The translations under genes and the position numbers were made by a program. Below are positions 47,709 through 56,696 of a stretch of DNA of 64,000 nucleotides, in pieces. Below the pieces are notes generated by a model. That model had not been told where the DNA came from, did no database searches, and was given only the letters and a program-made list of their open reading frames with translations. Positions within the stretch are counted from its first letter, which is position 1. The number at the start of each line of letters is the position of its first letter. The stretch comes from Abditibacterium sp. GTDB taxonomy: Bacteria; Armatimonadota; Abditibacteriia; Abditibacteriales; Abditibacteriaceae. The DNA lies in the NCBI GenBank assembly GCA_965199495.1, contig CBDASK010000003.1, positions 2,272,001-2,336,000 on the forward strand, read 5' to 3'.

Positions 47709-49481
47709 ATGGCAACCAAATGGCGCATCGGCGAAAAAATCGAGAATCGTTGGGAAATCTGCGACATCAAGCACGGCGGCATGGATGTCGTTTATATCGT
47801 TTACGATCACGAATCGCGCGAGCCGTTCGCCATCAAAACTTTTGGCGGTAAGGTCTATCCGCGCACTGTCGAGCGATTCACCATTGAGGCGCTTTTGTGG
47901 GTCAATCTCGATGTTCATCCCAACGTGGCGCAAGCGCGATTCGTCAAAAATATCGAGGGCCGACCGTGCCTGTTTCTGGAATACGTCAGTGGCGGACATC
48001 TGGGGCGTTGGATTCGCACGCCGCAGTTGAGACAGAATTTGCGTCAAATGTTTGGTTTTGCCCTTGGCATCTGCGACGGCATGACGCACGCTTTTTCCAA
48101 AGGGCTGCAAGCGCACCGCGACATCAAGCCGGAAAATTGCCTGATTAGCGCCGATAACACGCTCAAAATCACCGATTTCGGCATGGCACGCATCGCGGAT
48201 GTCGCCGAAGAAGAGGGCATTCGGGGCGGCACTGTCGAGTTCATGGCGCCCGAACAGTGGGGCAACTTCGAGTTGGCCGACGAGCGGGCGGACATCTATT
48301 CATTCGGCGCGACGCTTTATGCGATGCTGACGGGCGAGTATCCTTTCGGCGATTCGTCCGAAGTGGATACCCGCGAAATGGAGCGGCGTCACAAAGAAGA
48401 CTCGCCCGCGCCGCTTCCTGCCCAGTTCCGCGACTTGAGTGAATTCGTCTCCAAATGTCTGGCTAAAACTCCCGCCGAACGCTTCGCCACGTTCGCCGAA
48501 GCGCGCACGGAGTTGGCGTGGCTGTGTCAGAGCATGACCGGCGAAACCGCGCCGCAACCCGTGACTGGCGCGGCGTTTGACGCGGGACAATGGAGCGAAA
48601 AAGGCGGCAGTTTGCGCGCGTTGGGACGCTATGAAGCCGCGCTCGAATGCTACGACCGCGCGCTCGAACTCGATGGCGATTTGGCCGATGTCTGGTCGAA
48701 CAAAGGCGAAGCATTGTGGAGTTTGGGGCGCATCGAGCAGGCGCTGCAATGTTTAGATCGCGCGCTCGAACTCAACCCGGAGGGCGGCGAAATTTGGTCG
48801 AATCGCGCCGCGATTGTGACGCAATGCGGACAGGCGCAAGCCGCTCTCGAATGTTGCGCGCGCGCCCTCGAACTCAACCCCAACTTAGCGATGGCCTGGA
48901 ATAATCAAGGCGTCGCGCTCATGGCGCTGGGCCAAGTCGAAGCCTCGCTCCCATGCTATGACCGCGCGCTGGAACTCGATCCGTATCTGGAAAACGCGTG
49001 GTCGAACAAAGGCTCGGCGCTGGGAGCCTTGGAGCGCGCCGAAGAAGAGTTGCAGCACTACAATCGCGCGCTCGAACTTAACTGGCGTTTAGATCAGACG
49101 TGGTGCAACAAGGGCAGCGTGCTGGCGTCGCGTGGCGAGTGGAACGAAGCCATCAAATGTTATGACCGCGCGCTCAAACTCAACCCGCAACACGCCGATG
49201 CGTGGTTCAACAAAGGCGTCGCCCTCCAAAGTTCGGGCCGCGTGCAAAAGTCTGTGGCGTGTTATGCGCGCGCGCTGAATTTAAATCCCGGCGATACCGA
49301 AGCCTGCAATCGCAAAGGTTTGGCGTTGCTTGAGTTGGGACGCACCCGTAAGGCCGTTGAGGCGTTCGAGTGCGCCCTGCAAATTGACCCCGACGATGCG
49401 GAAGCCGCCAATCATCGAGCCAACGCGTTGGAAAAAATGGGACACACCCGAAAAGCGCGCGCCGCACGAGAGCAAGCGTAA
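47709..49481 (+). CDS. Hanks-type Ser/Thr kinase with C-terminal TPR array
   Basis: GGMDVVY, AIK, HRDIKPEN, DFG, APE; repeated W.NKG..L...CYDRALELNP. Confidence 0.92.
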   Translation: MATKWRIGEKIENRWEICDIKHGGMDVVYIVYDHESREPFAIKTFGGKVYPRTVERFTIEALLWVNLDVHPNVAQARFVKNIEGRPCLFLEYVSGGHLGRWIRTPQLRQNLRQMFGFALGICDGMTHAFSKGLQAHRDIKPENCLISADNTLKITDFGMARIADVAEEEGIRGGTVEFMAPEQWGNFELADERADIYSFGATLYAMLTGEYPFGDSSEVDTREMERRHKEDSPAPLPAQFRDLSEFVSKCLAKTPAERFATFAEARTELAWLCQSMTGETAPQPVTGAAFDAGQWSEKGGSLRALGRYEAALECYDRALELDGDLADVWSNKGEALWSLGRIEQALQCLDRALELNPEGGEIWSNRAAIVTQCGQAQAALECCARALELNPNLAMAWNNQGVALMALGQVEASLPCYDRALELDPYLENAWSNKGSALGALERAEEELQHYNRALELNWRLDQTWCNKGSVLASRGEWNEAIKCYDRALKLNPQHADAWFNKGVALQSSGRVQKSVACYARALNLNPGDTEACNRKGLALLELGRTRKAVEAFECALQIDPDDAEAANHRANALEKMGHTRKARAAREQA

Positions 49482-49495
49482 TCGGCGCGCGCGGA

Positions 49496-50779
49496 TTAAA
49501 ACGTGGAAATGGCGGAAAGCTGAAAATACGCGTCGGTGCTGTCGTCGGTCAGTCCGGCGTCGAGCGAAGCCGTGATAGATGTTTGATTATTGGTCTGGTA
49601 ACTCAGCGCTTGTCTGAGATAGGCGGTCGTCGAGCCGGAAGTTCCAATGAAAGGACTATTGGTTTTGCCATAGCTGAGTCCACTGCGAGAACTGAACTGC
49701 GGCCCCAGCGCATAATAAAATCCGACTTCGCCGCCGTAAGAGTTGGGAAGATTCGCTCTGTCGCCGTCCACACGGCGCGCGATGCTGGTGCCGTAATCCG
49801 CGCTGACATAGAATTGCAGCGGAACCATCATTTTGCGAACCGAAAGATGAACGTAGGGTTGGTAGAAGCCACTGCCCGTGCGCAATTGATTATCGTTGAG
49901 ATGGAACGCCTTGCCCGTTGGCAACACGACGCCCGCGCCCGCCGAAAAACGAAGCCCGCCCGCAAGGCTGGGAAAACGATGCGAGATATAAAAATCCATA
50001 TCGCCGATGCCCTGCCCCTTGCGCCGCAACGTGCCCTCGGCGGACGTGGCGCGGGCTGTTTGATAAACGTAGGGCACGCCCAAACTGACATCGGTTCGAT
50101 TGGAAAGAGGATATTCTCCAGTCAGCGTCAGGCGGCTGATAAAACGGTTGTCTATCGTGAGCGGCCCAGTCGGTGTATCAACCAAACTTTGCCGGTCGAA
50201 TCCCACGGAAGTGTCCGCGTAAATCGTGATTTCGCGGCGACTATGACTCGAAGTGGTCTTGGGCGAACCAGAGATAATCGGGCCAGATGCGGGCGATGAC
50301 GAAGGCGCCGATGCCACAGGCGCCGCCGCAGGAGCTTCGGGCGCAGGAGCCACCGCCGAAGCAGCCACCGCCGCAGGAGATGCGACTTGCGCTGACGATG
50401 GCTGGGGAATGGGAACCGCTTGTCCCGCACCAGATTTTCGAATCTTCGGGATGGGAGGAAGCGTGAAGCTCTTCTCAACGCCCGCTTGGGTGTTCGGCAA
50501 TGCGGCGTTCGGAGCAGTATTTGGGGGCGACTGAACCGCAGGTAAATTTTGAATCTTCGGAAATTTCGGAATCGGCACGCGCGAGCGAACCGCGGGAATC
50601 GGCGGCAGATTTCTCCCCGATGTATCGAATGTAAGAGAGCGAACCGCAGCAATGGGCGGCAGATTTTCGGACTTTGGGATGGGCGGAATCGGAGGCAGAG
50701 GCTGAGCGGACGCAATGTCGCAACAAATAAAGGGCACTCCTAAACATAAAGAAGCACGAATCAGAGCGTTGAAAATCAT
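49496..50779 (-). CDS. FapF/COG4313-like outer-membrane beta-barrel with Pro-rich N-terminus
   Basis: Signal peptide; GIGDMDF, VVLPTGK, LRTGSG; amphipathic strands; C-terminal Phe. Confidence 0.7.
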   Translation of the reverse strand: MIFNALIRASLCLGVPFICCDIASAQPLPPIPPIPKSENLPPIAAVRSLTFDTSGRNLPPIPAVRSRVPIPKFPKIQNLPAVQSPPNTAPNAALPNTQAGVEKSFTLPPIPKIRKSGAGQAVPIPQPSSAQVASPAAVAASAVAPAPEAPAAAPVASAPSSSPASGPIISGSPKTTSSHSRREITIYADTSVGFDRQSLVDTPTGPLTIDNRFISRLTLTGEYPLSNRTDVSLGVPYVYQTARATSAEGTLRRKGQGIGDMDFYISHRFPSLAGGLRFSAGAGVVLPTGKAFHLNDNQLRTGSGFYQPYVHLSVRKMMVPLQFYVSADYGTSIARRVDGDRANLPNSYGGEVGFYYALGPQFSSRSGLSYGKTNSPFIGTSGSTTAYLRQALSYQTNNQTSITASLDAGLTDDSTDAYFQLSAISTF

Positions 50780-50791
50780 AATGTGCGAGGC

Positions 50792-51445
50792 TTAGTTGCG
50801 GGGGCTGAAGCGCGACCAACGCAGCGAATCGAGGTTTTCCATTTGACGGTCGAGTTCGCGGATGATTTGCGCCTGATGAGTCGAGTTCGTGTGCAGCGTG
50901 GGCGTGGCAACCATAAAAACGAAGCCTTTGCTTTCTTCGTTCGCGGATTTTTGGATTTCGGCGCTACTTTGTTTTGGCTCGGTTACCAGCCACCGCTTGA
51001 GAAAAACCTTCGCGGGCAACACGAGATTGCCCGACGCTGGATCGGCCAGATAAACAAGATCGTTCTTGACGGCCAACACCAATACGAAATGCGGTTCGGG
51101 CAAAAGAATCCGCACCAGAAGCGGCGCCGGATACGATTCCAACTGTTTTTGAAGAACCGGAAAACTCATCAGAAAACTGTCGGCCAAACAGTTTTTCGCT
51201 TTGGCCGCTTCTTCCAATCCCAACAACGTCGTGCCGGAAGTTTCCTTCAGCCCCGCCAATCGCGAAATTTCGCCCTCGGTCGCGTCAACGTCCAAGTAGA
51301 AACGCAATAAAGTCGCCAGCGTCGCGGGGCCGCAATCGGACGAACCGTTTTGCACCAGCAAAAATCGCGTGTTGGCCTGAGCCTTCACGCCGATTCCGGC
51401 GACGGCGAGAACGGCGATGAAAAATGCGAGAAATAATCGTCTCAT
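50792..51445 (-). CDS. Stand-alone exported C39 cysteine peptidase (FapD-like)
   Basis: Signal peptide; Q..SDCGPATLATLL, PHFVLV, LADPASG (Cys-His-Asp). Confidence 0.85.
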   Translation of the reverse strand: MRRLFLAFFIAVLAVAGIGVKAQANTRFLLVQNGSSDCGPATLATLLRFYLDVDATEGEISRLAGLKETSGTTLLGLEEAAKAKNCLADSFLMSFPVLQKQLESYPAPLLVRILLPEPHFVLVLAVKNDLVYLADPASGNLVLPAKVFLKRWLVTEPKQSSAEIQKSANEESKGFVFMVATPTLHTNSTHQAQIIRELDRQMENLDSLRWSRFSPRN

Positions 51446-51570
51446 CTTCGAGAGTTTGACTCCAATGGGCTTTGTGCGAAAGCCAGTTATTTTGTCAGGC
51501 TTGAGTTCAAGTGGTTCACGATGCAGCAACTTTTGGCCTCAGTGTAAATTTTCGCGATAAAAAGTCACTG

Positions 51571-51617
51571 AAACAACGACACCGGAAGCTCTTAAAGAAC
51601 TTCCGGTGTCGCTGTTT
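51571..51617 (-). terminator. Hairpin/terminator between the peptide gene and the C39 gene
   Basis: aaacaacgacaccggaag ... cttccggtgtcgctgttt. Confidence 0.7.
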
Positions 51618-51656
51618 TCGTGTTTTCACTCAGGAAATATTCCTGTTGAACTGCTC

Positions 51657-51932
51657 TTAGCTACAACGAGGAGGAGTGGGGCGGCAGGGAGGAGGAGCGG
51701 GAGTGCAAGACTTGCTGCTTTTCTTGCTTTTTGTGCTTTTCGCGCATTTATTGCTTTTGGACGACTTTTTGTCTTTGCAACCCAAGCCCTGAACGCCAGC
51801 TTTCTGTTGGCTGGTGAGCGCGTCGGCGCCCGACACGACCGGCAAACCTGCGGCATTGGCAGGAGCCGCACACAAAGCACCGCTCCACGCGACGCCTAAG
51901 ACCAGAAGACCCGACACAGTTGATTTTCTCAT
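51657..51932 (-). CDS. 91-aa secreted Lys/Ser/Cys/Pro-rich precursor peptide
   Basis: ATG 51932 with AGGA upstream; Sec signal ending ANA; LTSQQKAGVQG; cationic core. Confidence 0.75.
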   Translation of the reverse strand: MRKSTVSGLLVLGVAWSGALCAAPANAAGLPVVSGADALTSQQKAGVQGLGCKDKKSSKSNKCAKSTKSKKSSKSCTPAPPPCRPTPPRCS

Positions 51933-52113
51933 GATGACACTTCCTATTGGTGAATTTTCTTTCCCGTTGTCCGCTTTTGAAGCGAACGAAGAAAGAATGT
52001 TAAACGAAGTCCATTTCCAAGACCGATACAAAATTCTAACTCCAAGAAGCGTTGATTTTGTGTTCTTCGGCTTTGAACTGACACAAGAAATTATGCCAGT
52101 AAACGTTCGGAGG

Positions 52114-52137
52114 AAATAGGGAGTAAGCTCCCTATTT
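52114..52137 (-). terminator. Terminator overlapping the regulator stop codon
   Basis: aaatagggag-taag-ctccctattt. Confidence 0.6.
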
Positions 52138-52890
52138 TCGTGCGCGCGGGCGCTTAATATCTGACAAATTTTGGGAGGATAATAGCAGGGAATCGGAAGG
52201 GGAACGCTCAAACAAGCCGTGATAGTGAGCAAAAATAACTAACTCGACCCGTCCCGAAATTTGTAATTTTTCAAATATCGCGGTCAGGCGGTGGCGAACC
52301 GTGGCTTCGCTAATGAACAATTGAGCGGCAATAGCTTGATTTTTCATCGCCTGACAGACCAGAGAAATGACATCGTGTTCCCCTTTGGTGAGCGTGCTAA
52401 TGCGCCAAGTGAGATTATCTTTGTTGGACGATTGCGGGCGTTTGTTCTCGTGCAACAGGCTCGTCACCATCGTGCGTTCGATCCAGATTTCGCCAGCATG
52501 AACACATCGCAGAGCCTTGAAGAACAGCTCGACACTTTGGTTTTGCTGCACAATTCCCATCACGCCATGATCAATGGCTTGCTTGAGCAATTCGTAATTA
52601 CGAGAAGAAGTCAGCAACACAACACGACATTCGGTGTCGGCCTTAAATACCGCGAGCAACAGACTTTGTAAGGTTTCATCAAAGTCGTCCATGTCAAACA
52701 GAACGATGTCGGGGCGAAGTTGAGACACGAGGCGCACCGTCTCGTCGCCGTGGCTGCTGTTGCCTACCACTTCAAAATCTGGTTGGGTATGGAGCAAGCA
52801 GCACAACGCGGCCCGCGAAATTGCATCGCTGGTGTTTCCAGAAACGAAGATGCGCAATGGAATCGTGGAGTTGAGTGCGGATTCAAGCAT
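52132..52890 (-). CDS. NarL/LuxR-family response regulator with atypical receiver
   Basis: PDIVLFD, VVLLTS; LTKGEHDVI..NQAIAAQLFISEATVRHRLTAIFEKL. Confidence 0.88.
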   Translation of the reverse strand: MLESALNSTIPLRIFVSGNTSDAISRAALCCLLHTQPDFEVVGNSSHGDETVRLVSQLRPDIVLFDMDDFDETLQSLLLAVFKADTECRVVLLTSSRNYELLKQAIDHGVMGIVQQNQSVELFFKALRCVHAGEIWIERTMVTSLLHENKRPQSSNKDNLTWRISTLTKGEHDVISLVCQAMKNQAIAAQLFISEATVRHRLTAIFEKLQISGRVELVIFAHYHGLFERSPSDSLLLSSQNLSDIKRPRARK

Positions 52891-53173
52891 GGGAGAGGTC
52901 AAATAATACGCCTTAAATCACACTGATTTTGCAGCAATTATCGTGGTTTCCGGTTTCCCTCTCCCCAGAAATTCGGTTGTTATTGGCTGCATATAGAAAG
53001 TCGTTGGAGTGAAATGGCCTTCGCCAATTTCAAGCGCACGAAATTTATTTGATAGCAGTATATTAGCCTTTTTTTGTAATCTGCGTTGCCCCGACAGGCT
53101 AATCCCTAATAATTCTCTTTTCTTTCCTACTCTGCTTGAGCGTATGGGGGCAGAAAATTCATCGCGCCCTTTT

Positions 53174-53274
53174 CTACATTCCGCGCCCACCCAGCATGCG
53201 ACCCATTTTGCCCATGCCGCGCGGCATTTTCATCTTGCCGCTCTGCATCGCTTGCAGTTGCCGCATCATCTTTT
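53174..53274 (-). pseudogene. ffh: Duplicated 3' end (last 32 codons plus stop) of ffh
   Basis: Encodes KMMRQLQAMQSGKMKMPRGMGKMGRMLGGRGM*, identical to the ffh C-terminus at 56697-56797. Confidence 0.95.
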
Positions 53275-53649
53275 TATATTATTCATGTGTTGAGCAGTTG
53301 TAGGAAAAGATGTCGAGCGCGTCGCACTCAAAGAAGCCCATAGAAAGGCGGGCACGCTAAATAACGCAGGGAAATTAAGTAACACCAGTTCGTGTTGCAT
53401 CAACGAGCAAACGAAAGAAGCCGACGCAATCATAATAAGCAACGAAAACGATAAGAGTGAGCGTGAACTGCGCGCGCGATGAGTGACTAACCAGACTAAT
53501 CCAAATGTTGTGAAAAAGAACGTAAGCGCGGGATAAAGGCGATGTTCAATTCCAATTTGGTAAGATTGGCTGGCCCATATCGCCGGAATAAAAATGCCAA
53601 GCGCACCGAAAATTAGAGGAAGAGCCAAAAGAGGGAGACGAGATTTCAT
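53266..53649 (-). CDS. Small multi-TM hypothetical protein; stop codon lies inside the ffh duplicate
   Basis: About 4 hydrophobic segments. Confidence 0.6.
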   Translation of the reverse strand: MKSRLPLLALPLIFGALGIFIPAIWASQSYQIGIEHRLYPALTFFFTTFGLVWLVTHRARSSRSLLSFSLLIMIASASFVCSLMQHELVLLNFPALFSVPAFLWASLSATRSTSFPTTAQHMNNIKR

Positions 53650-53655
53650 GGCGAA

Positions 53656-54162
53656 TCAAGAGTTTTCGAGGGCGACGATTTTGTTAGCGCGCACATGAAT
53701 GGCATAAGGTAATTCCATATTGCGCGGCGCTAAGGGAACGTAACTGCTACGGTTATAGCTGAAAATTTGATCGAGATTCAAAAGGGTTTTATCTAACACA
53801 AATGGCTTGTCGCGCGATATCACGTTAATCAAAGCCACCGGCTGATGGGAGCGTTGCGCGGCTTTTATCATGTTTCCCACCGCGACATCTTGGCAACCGC
53901 AAGATTCGCGGAAAATTAGCACGCTTTCGTTAGAGCTTGCGGGCGAAAATCCAACCCGTCCGTCCGTTCCAACGATTGATAATTGAGGCAACGTCGAACC
54001 AACTTCCAAACGCCGGTTGCCCAAGGCGTTAATTAGCGCGTTGAATGAGAGTGTACTGGGACGTTCTGGTGCGCCATTGATAGTCAGGACGCAGACTTGA
54101 AGAACCAACGCACCGAGCAGAATTTGACTCAGTGCATCGCTGTTACGGAGAATTTTAAACAC
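53656..54162 (-). CDS. Membrane-anchored, possibly thioredoxin-fold protein
   Basis: LEVGSTLPQLSIVGTDG and VLIFRESCGC resemble the AhpC/TSA N-terminus; CxC rather than CxxC. Confidence 0.5.
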   Translation of the reverse strand: MFKILRNSDALSQILLGALVLQVCVLTINGAPERPSTLSFNALINALGNRRLEVGSTLPQLSIVGTDGRVGFSPASSNESVLIFRESCGCQDVAVGNMIKAAQRSHQPVALINVISRDKPFVLDKTLLNLDQIFSYNRSSYVPLAPRNMELPYAIHVRANKIVALENS

Positions 54163-55120
54163 GTTTTTTCGTCCTCCATGCCAAAAGCAACGCCGCCAGT
54201 GTTAAAGGCCCAAAAGTGAGCGCCAAATTGATATTGCGTTGTCTGTTTTCTGCCGCGTGTTCCTGATCATCCAGAACGCCCAACTTTTTGGCTTCTTTAT
54301 CGGTAATGGCAAAAACATCGGCTTTGGTCATCGGCACAGAAGAAGTTTTCCTGATTATTAAAGGCGCGCCAAAGCGAGTATCGGCTAAAATTGCGGGGCG
54401 AGCGATAAAAAATTGCAACGGCTGCGCAGGTTTCTTGCTGAATGTAGCAGCCGAAAATTCAAAGCGCAAAGGCATTAAACTCGTGCCTACGCTCGGATAC
54501 TTAACGGTTGCTGTTTGCGGCATCAAACCGCCGTTTTGCGCGCCCTGAGTTTCGATTGTGACAAAAGGCTTGCCCTCTTTCTGCAATCGCTCGATGCGGC
54601 GCGCCAGAAACTTTTGTCGTGGATCAAGCAACGCTCGGATCGGCTTGCCGTTGGGTGTTTGGCCTTGCAATTCCACCAAAGGCGAACCAGCCACGGCGCT
54701 GACGTGGGGCGATTTCAGCATCGAAAGTCCGCGTCCTTTAAAAAAACAGGCGCCGGGCAGCAGCAACAGCATTCGATTATTGGGGGTATCGCTGAGCAAA
54801 CTCAAGCGCGAAATCGTCACCGAATTGCCGACGGAAGAGAACTCGTCCTGCCCATCGAAAAGCGTTTCTGTAACTGGGAGTTGCGAACCTTTGTCCTTCA
54901 GTTGCACCGTGCGAAAACGGTATTTATCGCCCGTTGAAGTGGAGCTTATCTGGCGGACGGGTTTGCCATTTTCCAAAACGCGCGCCTGAAAGCTGCTGGT
55001 GGCAAACGCCGCGTCCGCTTCTCGAATAGCTTTTAACGTGGCGCCTTCGTCGAGCGCATAACAAGCGTGACTCGCCAGCAACGCGGTCATCAAACCGCCA
55101 AAAGTCTTGATAAATTGCAT
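54155..55120 (-). CDS. Exported hypothetical protein with C-terminal TM anchor
   Basis: GGAGG RBS, signal peptide, C-terminal hydrophobic helix followed by RTKKR. Confidence 0.65.
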   Translation of the reverse strand: MQFIKTFGGLMTALLASHACYALDEGATLKAIREADAAFATSSFQARVLENGKPVRQISSTSTGDKYRFRTVQLKDKGSQLPVTETLFDGQDEFSSVGNSVTISRLSLLSDTPNNRMLLLLPGACFFKGRGLSMLKSPHVSAVAGSPLVELQGQTPNGKPIRALLDPRQKFLARRIERLQKEGKPFVTIETQGAQNGGLMPQTATVKYPSVGTSLMPLRFEFSAATFSKKPAQPLQFFIARPAILADTRFGAPLIIRKTSSVPMTKADVFAITDKEAKKLGVLDDQEHAAENRQRNINLALTFGPLTLAALLLAWRTKKRV

Positions 55121-55130
55121 TAAGCCTCCG

Positions 55131-55808
55131 TTAATTGCAAAAACTGTAAGCCGCATTGGGATCATAAACCTCAACCGGAAGATTGGGTTGGTCGCAGATG
55201 TCGGAATTGGTGTAGGCGATGAGTTTGACGTGACCATCAACGAACAAATAATTCGCCCGGCCTAAGTGTGTGGTATGAGGCGTGCCCGAATAGCCAAAAC
55301 TGTAAACGGAGGAGTTCGTGCTTTCTAAGTCCGAAGAATCTCTCAACATTACCATATTAGCGGGACGTTTGACCTGAGTTGAGGGTAAGCCGCTCAGATA
55401 AATATTCATCTGGTAATCGGTGTAATGAACGCTCCAAAGCTGCTTCAAACCGTCCGCCGGGGTTACGTCTTCTATCACTCCATCTGTAGGGCCTTTTGAA
55501 GGACAACGGTAGAGTTGCAGATTACCCACATAAGGAAAAATGCGGTAAGCCCAACCGGGGCCATCTGCTGAATATCCGGCGGTTGGCAGTCCAGTCGTCA
55601 ACCAAAAAGGATATCTACCGTTATCATCGGCGTATTGTTGCATCGCCAAACCGATTTGGTGCAAGTTGCTTTTGCACTGAGTAATACGCCCCTGTTCGCG
55701 CGCGCGCGCGAAAACTGGCAACAGAATCGCCGATAGAATAGCGATAATGGCGAGAACCACCAAAATTTCCATCAAAGTAAAGCCTTTGACGCGTCGTGAG
55801 TGGGCCAT
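55131..55808 (-). CDS. Prepilin-type N-terminal cleavage / H-X9-DG (DUF1559-like) protein
   Basis: [55 protein letters not shown]. Confidence 0.9.
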   Translation of the reverse strand: MAHSRRVKGFTLMEILVVLAIIAILSAILLPVFARAREQGRITQCKSNLHQIGLAMQQYADDNGRYPFWLTTGLPTAGYSADGPGWAYRIFPYVGNLQLYRCPSKGPTDGVIEDVTPADGLKQLWSVHYTDYQMNIYLSGLPSTQVKRPANMVMLRDSSDLESTNSSVYSFGYSGTPHTTHLGRANYLFVDGHVKLIAYTNSDICDQPNLPVEVYDPNAAYSFCN

Positions 55809-56014
55809 CAGAATTCTCCTTTAACTCTATCTCGCGGTCGGATAATTAAATCCGACCGCAAGACGTGAAGTGTATAGTGTGCTGTAACTGAATAGCATAG
55901 TAGGGTTCTGTTTTCCGTCAGAGTCGTGCCTTAAACGCGTATGTCGCGCTTAAAGATGCGTCTCCGACAAGTCCACGCGGCCTTATCGAACTATTCAGTT
56001 GCAACATCGAGTTA

Positions 56015-56398
56015 TCAACAATCGGTGAAGCTCGCATTTGTCGTCGCTTCATTAGTAAACGTTTGGGCAACCCAGTCCCCACTACAGATAGAGCCGTTAA
56101 ATGTCGTGATTACGACACTTACAGTAAAGGGCGACATAGTGCAACGTTGATTTGTGTAGAGAAACTTGGACTCGCGACATTGGCGAATAGCCGAGGGGCT
56201 GTAGTAACTGCGAGTTGATGTGGTTCCTTTGTTGATACAGGAATCGTCACCATAGGTAACGGTATCGTAAGTCTGGTTGCACTCGGCTGAAGCCTGCACG
56301 TAGTTGGCGCACCCGAAGGTGGCCAGAGCAATGGCAGCGACGAGGCGGGCTGCCGATCCGCGTTGGACCAAAAAGGTCGGTTTTTGCATTTTCGTCAC
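56015..56398 (-). CDS. Small secreted protein with 6 Cys in the mature part
   Basis: AGGAG RBS, GTG start, signal ending VQA, terminal Cys. Confidence 0.7.
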   Translation of the reverse strand: MTKMQKPTFLVQRGSAARLVAAIALATFGCANYVQASAECNQTYDTVTYGDDSCINKGTTSTRSYYSPSAIRQCRESKFLYTNQRCTMSPFTVSVVITTFNGSICSGDWVAQTFTNEATTNASFTDC

Positions 56399-56696
56399 AA
56401 TTTTTCTCCTTGTGACACAAGGCGTGCTGACACGTTTTGATTTAGAAGAACGCGTTTAACCAATTTTGAGTCTGGCTTTGAATTGTCAGGAATACCCGCA
56501 TTTAAGCTCAACTCTTGACGATTGTGGCTCTTCCATTTATTATTATACCCATTTCATTGAAGATTTAAACATAAGTAGAGGAAAATTTTCAAAAATTTTG
56601 GCAAATTATTTCAAGGTGAGAAATAGACGTTGACGAAGCAAATGTAAGCCAAAAAGGGGCGCAAAGCTAAAACTTCGTCCCCCTTTCTTATTTCTC

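Larger units (their letters stand above)
53275..56696 (-). mobile_element. Inserted five-gene cassette between two ffh 3' ends; no integrase seen
   Basis: Direct repeats 53174-53274 and 56697-56797; lower GC than ffh. Confidence 0.7.

Noticed and set aside
47517..48116. N-terminal extension of the sorbosone dehydrogenase-like ORF
   Set aside because: Overlaps the kinase on the opposite strand; the signal peptide starts at 47516.
47709..49481. Ser/Thr kinase as a modifier of the Ser-rich peptide
   Set aside because: Convergent orientation and no sequence evidence beyond proximity.
51626..51880. Alternative 84-aa frame over the peptide gene
   Set aside because: No RBS or signal peptide; the 51657-51932 frame has both.
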